DNA of 55,527 nucleotides from a virus (taxonomy: Duplodnaviria > Caudoviricetes). Each line of letters begins with the position of its first letter. The first letter of the stretch is position 1. The stretch covers positions 1 to 55,527 of the IMG/VR virus record IMGVR_UViG_3300006929_000018; one strand, written 5' to 3'. Made by a program: the position numbers and the translations under genes. The notes below the pieces were generated by a model. The model searched no databases and was not told the DNA's origin. It saw only the letters and a list, made by a program, of their open reading frames with translations. This document shows, piece by piece, positions 49,201-55,527 of the stretch.

Positions 49201-51378
49201 AGCTACATCTACAGACGGTGTAGAAGCTCCAAAAATTACAGAAGTTTTGTGGTCACCTGTTAGCTCATGTTGACCTAATAATTTTTTACTATACAATGAA
49301 CCAGTTCCATATGTAGGTAATCCTGGGTCATAATCACTGTCGCCTACCTTTAAAGTTCTTACAGGGTCATTCATTTCAGGCATCTCTATATCTCCTATCC
49401 ATAATACATTTCCAGGCCTACCATTTTTATCATAGACCTGAACACCAAATCTATACATTTCTCCTCTACGATACCCCTTAAAGTTTCCTGTAGCTGGGTC
49501 TTTACTTCCTCCTAATGACATTGTAGCTGTAAATTCAGTATCTGTGTTGTCTGTTACATTACCTCCAGCTCCGTCATCTGATATGTTATCAGTAAATTGC
49601 CCCTGTATAGCTCCTGCTGATATATAAGGAGAAACGTCTGTATTGTGTTGTACATCTACCTGCTTTTCTTTTAATCCAAATGTAACTCTACATCCTCCTA
49701 GTCCATTATCTGAATAATCGTAACTTTCTCCTCCTAGTGTCAATCCATCAGATAAGTATCTGTATTCATGTGATTGTTTTTTTACTATATCTACTCTACC
49801 TTGGTCTGGTATATCACTCCCTGAAACAGTAGTAACATCATCCCCTTTATATGTTCTCCATTTAGGCATTCCATTAGACCATGTCTCTCCTAATGAAGCG
49901 GCAACTGTTGTAGTGTCTCCACTACTATCTATTTCGTATTCTTTTATTTGACTGTCATCTGATGTAATTACACCTGTATTAGAGCTTCCTCCGCTATCCG
50001 CATCTGCAATATTATACCTCCTAACTTTTACATTCCATTCTTTTTCTGATATTGTATTGTCTCTTGTCTTAAGGTTTGCAGCAAATAATATGTTATCTTT
50101 TATTGCTATATCCTTACAAACCTCCCACGTGTTAATATCTATTAATATAGTTTCTACTCCGTCTGGCAGGTCTCCGTTCCAATTAGTATGATAAAAAGTA
50201 ACTTCTTGAGAATTATTTGCGTATTGTTGTGAAGCGGCTAAACTTACTCTTATTGGACCATCATTTTCCGTATGTAATATTGCGTATAATTCTATTATAT
50301 CAAAATCATTATCTAAATCTTTTACTGTTATTTCAAACCCCTGTGAACTTACGTCTGTAAAGGGGTCTCCTGAAGCACTTCCGTAATAATTTTGTGAACT
50401 ACCAAAAGTTTGTTTTGTAGTATGATACAAATTACTAAAAGGACTCATTACTGATTCTCCTCCATTTGAAGAAACATACTTATAACAATATTGTAATTGA
50501 CCCACTGGTAAACTACCAGATATTGTTTTAGTAACCACAGCTTGTGAGGGAGAATGTAAAGGTGTTAAGTCTAATACGTCAGGAGATAATCTATTTTTAC
50601 CTGGTTGACCTAAATTTATAGACCTTAATGGATTTTTATTGTCCGTCCAAAATATTCTTGAAATACATTCATTTTCTACTATTCCTTCTACCCTTACTGG
50701 AACATCTAAATCCATATTTAAATCAGGATACCTATTTAAATAATCATACGATACATGTAAATCATATATTCTTTCTACATTTAAATCTTTATCAAACAAA
50801 ACATCTAAAAATATAGTTTGTGTTCTTGTACTAAATACAAGGTCTGGTTTTACTATTATAAATATTACATTATTATTATATGAATAATGACCCACTATAC
50901 TTGCGTCATGAGTTACAGGTGTAGCAGCTTGAGCTAATAAGCTACCGCTAAATGGATTAATACCGCTTCCTGTATTACCTGTCATTTGATTATTTGGACT
51001 AGGAAAAAAATCTCCTACTTCATTTTTATTAGCGTCTGTTGCCTTTGGGTCTATATATATTTCAGAAAATTTTTCAAAAGCAACTGTGTCTCCTCCAGTA
51101 GTAGATGTTCTTGTTCCTAATATTCCTGTATTATCACCAGCAGCTCCAGTTTCTTCTTGCTGTATTATTTCATCTAAATTAAATATTTTTTTATTTCCTA
51201 ATATATTTTCTACTGTAAATGAATCTCCCCCATCGTTTATTAATCTTATATTTAAAGCGTCCCTATAGCTTCCTTTGATTTGATACCTAGGGTCTGGGTC
51301 TGTAAACATACCCCCAGTAAATCCTTGAACCTGTGAAATAGCTTTATTGGATTGTTGTTTTGGTTGATTTTTAGCCAT
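46279..51378 (-). CDS. tail stabilisation/muzzle protein, N-terminal part
   Basis: FTGGM.TD, YRDALNIR, IFWTD..NPLR.IN, KDNILFAAN, GYRRGEMYRFG, FGGDTF, YGEIT. Confidence 0.8.
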   Translation of the reverse strand: MAKNQPKQQSNKAISQVQGFTGGMFTDPDPRYQIKGSYRDALNIRLINDGGDSFTVENILGNKKIFNLDEIIQQEETGAAGDNTGILGTRTSTTGGDTVAFEKFSEIYIDPKATDANKNEVGDFFPSPNNQMTGNTGSGINPFSGSLLAQAATPVTHDASIVGHYSYNNNVIFIIVKPDLVFSTRTQTIFLDVLFDKDLNVERIYDLHVSYDYLNRYPDLNMDLDVPVRVEGIVENECISRIFWTDNKNPLRSINLGQPGKNRLSPDVLDLTPLHSPSQAVVTKTISGSLPVGQLQYCYKYVSSNGGESVMSPFSNLYHTTKQTFGSSQNYYGSASGDPFTDVSSQGFEITVKDLDNDFDIIELYAILHTENDGPIRVSLAASQQYANNSQEVTFYHTNWNGDLPDGVETILIDINTWEVCKDIAIKDNILFAANLKTRDNTISEKEWNVKVRRYNIADADSGGSSNTGVITSDDSQIKEYEIDSSGDTTTVAASLGETWSNGMPKWRTYKGDDVTTVSGSDIPDQGRVDIVKKQSHEYRYLSDGLTLGGESYDYSDNGLGGCRVTFGLKEKQVDVQHNTDVSPYISAGAIQGQFTDNISDDGAGGNVTDNTDTEFTATMSLGGSKDPATGNFKGYRRGEMYRFGVQVYDKNGRPGNVLWIGDIEMPEMNDPVRTLKVGDSDYDPGLPTYGTGSLYSKKLLGQHELTGDHKTSVIFGASTPSVDVAWFNQTIGAFTDRKTQRYVLSGAGFSHRAKDGTNVTQTHVINPTTTTNTGAGLDLLSQYVHPNGNWNIGASLSAGWYSPKVIELTNGIDHNNCTVKQLPNRYRQNSRDNTHYTLDLYVNFEFRIPSDVREKMSGFRVVRAERQESDKSIIQQGLLNQTVAYGNQIPKYGYYNPDGLHDDDSEQSDIFMNDSSSGLAVLHNPYDSYLNGYIGLAENSNLAFYDSNSNNARSLLSGNATRDDNIYAFEEFEEAGAKFHAGVNGPRMFKWWDTPYDYDQDFTPGNYTPKRRHSAYFGSYEVLPNTRETWSMANGHDLHKGYDGTHWCMGATAQAVQGSVFTLDCPDSAFGTSSYSFRSGDKIRVDAMMRLIYEWIPEYTASTGVSGSNTAFGGNNHTGNAFDGGVNMSASLPNASPGGPLAHVVQATHGSFGWDAVQENKTAKEALRYCKRLEAENNNGMLIAKYYMYDTYYGIGMSVDGGAGYATNYRPSDGINLEGYSGGAGSVSNIDTRYIPAQHHDIYLHEILNAKELGAGEVVGSSFFKDGVLMIDKGEIAFSRDLAASESAATNKMAGFSNNTLGFYNGGRYKITDGGNTVYSGGTSFSFGVMEECADARGGNEHDRTYDTISTVQCGLRSILIQIDGDGDVGEKRGLLNPRDLATILEHRSWAPVGADKKHLLHHSVVANDKIQNRCNLNPSSTPYTDNGGPYGGPSYIPHKFLCSIVRNNIPYGGSTKNSLQSTRYIPAGNFHPIKKDAGGNSEESHLSTVFGGDTFVNFYSHQKTACAYENRSMARFQVFPVESDTNTDMRMGYHLNAGDTNIGDVQDPDSPGEGNWNDWNYNFVYNQENNLRSAISVDESVTCQNLELPYEIAYSETKISGEKQDSFKIFLQNSFHDMESQYGEITRLVNWRNDLYVLQEKSMSKLLVNPISMIQDELGTTLNVGTGETVENHLYITTKYGTRNMDSVVSSESAIYI

Positions 51379-51379
51379 T

Positions 51380-52450
51380 CTATAAGTCTATTAATCCTTT
51401 ATTATTCTTTAAAGGAACCAGTGTATTCCAAATTCTTCCTATTTGTTTTAATTCTTCTGCTGTAGGCATATTATCATCCCCTCTAGCTTTACCGCATAAA
51501 AAATACCATCTTTTTTCTAATTCCTTTATAACATACATAGATAATTTTCCATTTATAAATTCTATATTTTTATGTTGCCACATTATATATTGAGCTACTG
51601 CTGTAGCGTGACTTTCTCTTATCATAGGATATCCATTAGCGTCTGTAGGATACGAAGAATACACTATTGTTAATTCTGTTATCTCGTCATGTTGTAAATT
51701 TAACCTATTACCTCTTACGTAATATCTTAAAGCTTTTTGTTCTGAATCGTTTGCACTTTTTCCTACCCTACCTTTATGCACAGCTGTAGGTTTAAACAAT
51801 TCTTTATGTTGGTAAGAAGAGTCTCCTGTACCTACTCTAACTCCTAGTAATTTTACTATATTATCTGGTAACCTTAATTGTTGATTAGAAAATATACCTT
51901 TACCTCCTGTTAAGTAAGACCCACTACACTTTGCATTTACTTTATTTGAAGATATAGTGTATTTATTACCATGTAATCCTACCTCATTTGCAGTAATAGT
52001 TAAAGTTGTTCCATCTTCTGTATAAGTGTATCCTTCTAATTTATCAGCAAAAAATAATCCTGGAGAGTTATTTGCACTACTACTACCTCCATTTAATTCT
52101 AATATTAATTCGTCTAATGTTAAAGCTAATGATGATTTAATATTTATAGAATTTGCAGAGCTATCTTGATTCAACGATGTGGAATTACTATCATCTCTAA
52201 AATACAATGTAACTCCATTTAAAGTAATACTATCTCCATATGTAGGATTTGCTGTAAATGTTATAGTTCCACTTGCAGCAGCTCCTGTTGATGAATATGT
52301 AGATTCAACCTCTTCAAAAGTATCTCTACTACCTATTAACAGTTCTGCTTCAAAAGCCCATTCCACCCAACTGTTTATATGAGAACTATAATCTTTTAAT
52401 CCAAGATTACGAGATACTGTGTTATATATTCTTTCTATATGTGTATACAT
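51380..52450 (-). CDS. putative tail ring/adaptor protein with inserted beta domain
   Basis: VEWAFEA..LIG, YPTD.NGYPMI, AVAQYI motifs flank a Thr/Ser/Gly-rich insert. Confidence 0.6.
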   Translation of the reverse strand: MYTHIERIYNTVSRNLGLKDYSSHINSWVEWAFEAELLIGSRDTFEEVESTYSSTGAAASGTITFTANPTYGDSITLNGVTLYFRDDSNSTSLNQDSSANSINIKSSLALTLDELILELNGGSSSANNSPGLFFADKLEGYTYTEDGTTLTITANEVGLHGNKYTISSNKVNAKCSGSYLTGGKGIFSNQQLRLPDNIVKLLGVRVGTGDSSYQHKELFKPTAVHKGRVGKSANDSEQKALRYYVRGNRLNLQHDEITELTIVYSSYPTDANGYPMIRESHATAVAQYIMWQHKNIEFINGKLSMYVIKELEKRWYFLCGKARGDDNMPTAEELKQIGRIWNTLVPLKNNKGLIDL

Positions 52451-52454
52451 AATT

Positions 52455-52916
52455 TTATACTGACGCTATAAATACTTCTACTTGATGACCCGCGACTCCT
52501 TTTACTTTTAACGACGTAGCGTTATCTAATGTTGTTCCTCCATTACCACCTTCTACTGTAGTTCCTGTATATATAATACTTGTAGCTGGAGCTAATGACG
52601 TATATGCAGCGTCAGAATCCTCATCATCTAACCCTACTTGTAAAACGTCTGTCCCGTCTAAATTAGTCACCCTAATATATCTTACATCTGTTCTTTTAAA
52701 TGTACCCACAGATTCTGCAGAACCAAATGTGGCAACTTTTGTTAAATTGGTATTAGCTAATTTTAAAATACGTTTTGATACGTTAGCTATACTAAGAAAT
52801 GTATGTGTCATTGTTTGCGCAAAATCTCTTTCGTCTGCTGTTACATCGTGTCCAACTGCTAAAGCTTCTGTTATTGTTACCGTAAGGGTGCCTGCGTTAA
52901 TATCAGTATCCGCCAT
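52455..52916 (-). CDS. putative small virion beta protein
   Basis: LTVTITE, YIRVTNLD, VEVFIAS. Confidence 0.65.
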   Translation of the reverse strand: MADTDINAGTLTVTITEALAVGHDVTADERDFAQTMTHTFLSIANVSKRILKLANTNLTKVATFGSAESVGTFKRTDVRYIRVTNLDGTDVLQVGLDDEDSDAAYTSLAPATSIIYTGTTVEGGNGGTTLDNATSLKVKGVAGHQVEVFIASV

Positions 52917-52921
52917 ATTAT

Positions 52922-53317
52922 TTATTTTATGTTATTAATTACTCTTTTATATATACCTAATGGCATAATTTTACAATTTTTATATTTCTTAGGTCTTACC
53001 CATACTAGTTTATGATAAAAATCATCAAGTATTGGAACCTTATATTTTACCAACTCTCCTGTTTCTTTACTAGCTTTTTGGTCTACTCTAACGTGGAAAG
53101 CTCTTCTATGCTCTCTTTTGTCTAAATATACATATCCCATATTATTTGGTAAATGTATTTTTTCTTCTCTTATTACCAAATCTCTTATAAGTATCTCAAA
53201 ATATCTTTTTACTATTTTATAAAATGTACTATAGTTTATTTTTTTCTGTAAATTATTTTTTACATTATTGTATATTTCTTTTACTTGTGTATACTTATGT
53301 TTATATTTACTACTCAT
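52922..53317 (-). CDS. IHF-like protein of crAss-type tail gene block
   Basis: Basic; helix then IHLPNNMGYVYL; position among the ring genes. Confidence 0.55.
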   Translation of the reverse strand: MSSKYKHKYTQVKEIYNNVKNNLQKKINYSTFYKIVKRYFEILIRDLVIREEKIHLPNNMGYVYLDKREHRRAFHVRVDQKASKETGELVKYKVPILDDFYHKLVWVRPKKYKNCKIMPLGIYKRVINNIK

Positions 53318-53319
53318 TA

Positions 53320-54255
53320 TTACTGTTGTTGTTGTTGACCTAATCTAATTTTTGTTGTATCTACATTGTCTTCTACTAAATCTATAGGAGTTTTTAATAA
53401 TAACGTCATTTCAACTTCCGCTACCCTACTTATTAATAACGGTAAATCTTCTTCAGTTATTGGGTAATGACTTATACCATCATTAAATTCTTCATATTTA
53501 GTTTTACCACTAACATAATCAGCAAATCTCCGAGCTTTTGTTGGGTCTGTTATTATCCCCCATACATCTATCCAGTATTGGTAATATCTTTTTGCTGTTC
53601 CAGAAGGTATTTCATCATTTTCTATACACTGATGCCTTAATCCACAAATTTCTAGAGCCATTTCTTCATTACCGTTTGAGACGTCACTTGATACTTTCAT
53701 ATTGTTGTAAGCTATAGCGTAGGGTTTATTTGTCTTGGTAAACTTATTTGCCCAATCAAAAGAAGCATTATCTTTAGATTTTAACGATAATTTATTCCAT
53801 CCCATCCATCTTCCCACGGAACTGCTGTCAGCGTTACTGACTCTTTTTCTTAATCTAATATCAGTTAAACCGTCATTCAGACCTATATTTAATGTATGTG
53901 GTAGAGTTACGGTAACTGAGTATCTATTAAACTCTGTACCTTCGTGGTAATCTGTTCCATTATAATCATTATTAGACCATCCAAAACTTTCTGAGTGTTT
54001 TATAGAGCTAGTATAACTAGATGTATTACCTAATAAATCATTTTCGTCATCATATGGTAATATTTTTGAACATAAAGGTTGTATATACCTTCTGTCTATA
54101 GGATAATTATTTCTTATTTTATCTTCTATAATTTTTGCTCTATGGTAATGTATCCAATGTTTTATTTGTCTAGTACTTATACTGCTTTCTATAGTTTCAT
54201 CACCTCCAGACAATAACTCTTTTATATTATACGCTATTTCGTTTAATGTTGCCAT
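53320..54255 (-). CDS. putative ring/neck protein
   Basis: MATLNEIAYNI...ISTRQIKHWI..HRA; C-terminal YPI...P.D..DN. Confidence 0.65.
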   Translation of the reverse strand: MATLNEIAYNIKELLSGGDETIESSISTRQIKHWIHYHRAKIIEDKIRNNYPIDRRYIQPLCSKILPYDDENDLLGNTSSYTSSIKHSESFGWSNNDYNGTDYHEGTEFNRYSVTVTLPHTLNIGLNDGLTDIRLRKRVSNADSSSVGRWMGWNKLSLKSKDNASFDWANKFTKTNKPYAIAYNNMKVSSDVSNGNEEMALEICGLRHQCIENDEIPSGTAKRYYQYWIDVWGIITDPTKARRFADYVSGKTKYEEFNDGISHYPITEEDLPLLISRVAEVEMTLLLKTPIDLVEDNVDTTKIRLGQQQQQ

Positions 54256-54267
54256 ATTTTTATATTA

Positions 54268-54279
54268 TTTACAAAATTA
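54268..54279 (-). promoter_or_regulatory. -7 promoter element TAATTTTGTAAA
   Basis: TAnnTTTG upstream of 54255. Confidence 0.5.
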
Positions 54280-54292
54280 CAAATTTTATACC

Positions 54293-54338
54293 AGAAAACA
54301 GAAATAGGCCCTCACAAATTAATGTTTAGACCTATTTC
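54293..54338 (-). terminator. possible terminator
   Basis: GAAATAGG/CCTATTTC inverted repeat (54301-54338) followed on the - strand by TGTTTT. Confidence 0.4.
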
Positions 54339-54373
54339 CTTTGCACAGGGAGCAAAATTTTGAAGTTATATAA

Positions 54374-54991
54374 CTATTGTTGTGCCTCGTGCGCCTGTAC
54401 AGTATAATTAGTACTTTCTATATTAGCTGTCATTTTTCTAACAACTACATTTAAAATATCATGTTGATACTGTTCTGGTATATCATCCCAATCCGATACG
54501 TTAAGATGTTTTAAATACCTTAACCCAAAAGTGTCGCCAGAAGTAAAATCAGGGGTAACTCCTCCTGCTGGACTAAAATGAAAATAAAGTCTTGTGTCAC
54601 CAGCCACCGTTGTTGTAGTAGCACATATTGGATTAAACGCATTAACCTCTTTAAACGGATTATTACTAGTTCTTAAAGCAGCTAATTCGTCATCTGAAAC
54701 TATCCTACATTCAACCCCATTCACATTAGCGTATGTTAAATGATGATAAGATGTATTAAATTCACAATAGTTTGCCGCTACAGTAACATTTGATGAAGTT
54801 TCACTTGCACTTTCTCTAGCTCCAGTCATTTCAGAATAGTCTTGATTAGCTCTCATTAACGCATATCTTTCGTTTAAAAATTCAGTTATTGATAAATTAA
54901 TAAATATATCCTTTTCATTATTTGTATAAAAAGGTTGGTCAGCTTTATCTAACATTAAATCTAAATAATCATATGCGTCGGCTATCGTCAT
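54374..54991 (-). CDS. putative ring/adaptor protein
   Basis: MT......DLMLDK......EKDIFIN, YLK, IPEQYQHDI pattern. Confidence 0.65.
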   Translation of the reverse strand: MTIADAYDYLDLMLDKADQPFYTNNEKDIFINLSITEFLNERYALMRANQDYSEMTGARESASETSSNVTVAANYCEFNTSYHHLTYANVNGVECRIVSDDELAALRTSNNPFKEVNAFNPICATTTTVAGDTRLYFHFSPAGGVTPDFTSGDTFGLRYLKHLNVSDWDDIPEQYQHDILNVVVRKMTANIESTNYTVQAHEAQQ

Positions 54992-55527
54992 TATTTACTA
55001 GCTTTTAAATTATCAATTTCTTTTTCTATTTCTGATATTGCTGTACCTGCTCTCATTGGATGTTCTTCTACTTTTTCTAATACCACTTCTTCTTTTGGTT
55101 CTTCTGTTTTACCAGTTCTAACTTGATATTTTAATAAAGCATAAGTATCTCCATTATCTTTTAACCACACTATTGCTTGGTCATCAGTAAGTCCTATATT
55201 TAAAGTATTGTGTTTCCATACACCATTTACTTTAGTCAAAATATTCTTGTCTAAAGCTTTCTTTAAAAATACTCTATGTTCTTTATCTATGTCATTTAGA
55301 TGTGATAAAAATGTATCTGGATTGTCATTAGCAAATTGAATAATTCTTGCTTTTAATAACATTTCTTCTAAATTAGCATCTATCCCCATAAGTAAAGCTA
55401 AGTCTCTCATATCTGACTCCGTTAATCCTGACGCTGTCGTTATTGCTTGAGCGCTCTTTAAAGAGTTTTCAGCCTTTTTTTGTTCTTTACTAGAAACATC
55501 TTCAATAGTAAATTTTCCTTTTATTAA
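54991..55527 (-). CDS. conserved crAss-type protein, 5' end truncated by the window
   Basis: Frame is open to the window edge (LIKGKFTIEDV...); NPDTFL, LKKALDKNIL, IG...DQAIVWLKD. Confidence 0.7.
   Translation of the reverse strand, partial: LIKGKFTIEDVSSKEQKKAENSLKSAQAITTASGLTESDMRDLALLMGIDANLEEMLLKARIIQFANDNPDTFLSHLNDIDKEHRVFLKKALDKNILTKVNGVWKHNTLNIGLTDDQAIVWLKDNGDTYALLKYQVRTGKTEEPKEEVVLEKVEEHPMRAGTAISEIEKEIDNLKASK

Larger units (their letters stand above)
1..55527. mobile_element. crAss-like bacteriophage genome fragment (Bacteroidota host inferred)
   Basis: Giant protein with a two-barrel RNAP DxDGD motif beside ejection proteins, ring-like proteins, an IHF-like gene and a tail-stabilisation gene. 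Two convergent arms meet at about 14107. No host housekeeping genes or integrase seen. Confidence 0.9.

Noticed and set aside
27281-52938. Many + strand ORFs of 60-125 aa opposite the late genes
   Set aside because: They are antisense shadows of long, motif-bearing - strand genes and have Ser/Phe/Leu-biased composition.

Overview
An AT-rich fragment of a crAss-like (Crassvirales-type) podophage genome. A Bacteroidota host, probably a marine flavobacterium, is inferred from TAnnTTTG promoters, absence of Shine-Dalgarno motifs, signal peptides followed by Gln, and a T9SS-like sorting tail. The + strand arm (1-14.1 kb) holds small early ORFs, then a DnaB/HU/Rad52-like/SSB/RusA/DnaA-C/RecE-like module, a spore-photoproduct-lyase-like radical SAM gene and an adenine MTase. 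No DNA polymerase or primase is recognisable. The - strand arm (14.1-55.5 kb) holds ring and tail proteins, a frameshifted tail-stabilisation gene, ejection proteins, a 3951-aa virion RNA polymerase polyprotein (DLDGD plus HExxH), LamG proteins, an exported-protein cassette and lysis genes. Capsid, portal and terminase are not in the window. The main finds are: (1) five early elements pairing a template-strand triloop hairpin with a TTWWRTTDYM-TATA-R motif at 22-23 nt spacing, candidate virion-RNAP promoters, two of which front structured units that look like ncRNAs; (2) a cassette of T9SS-like cargo, beta-barrel and Cys-less thioredoxin; (3) an SPL-like enzyme with its catalytic residues retained. 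All family calls come from motif recognition by eye, not from database searches.
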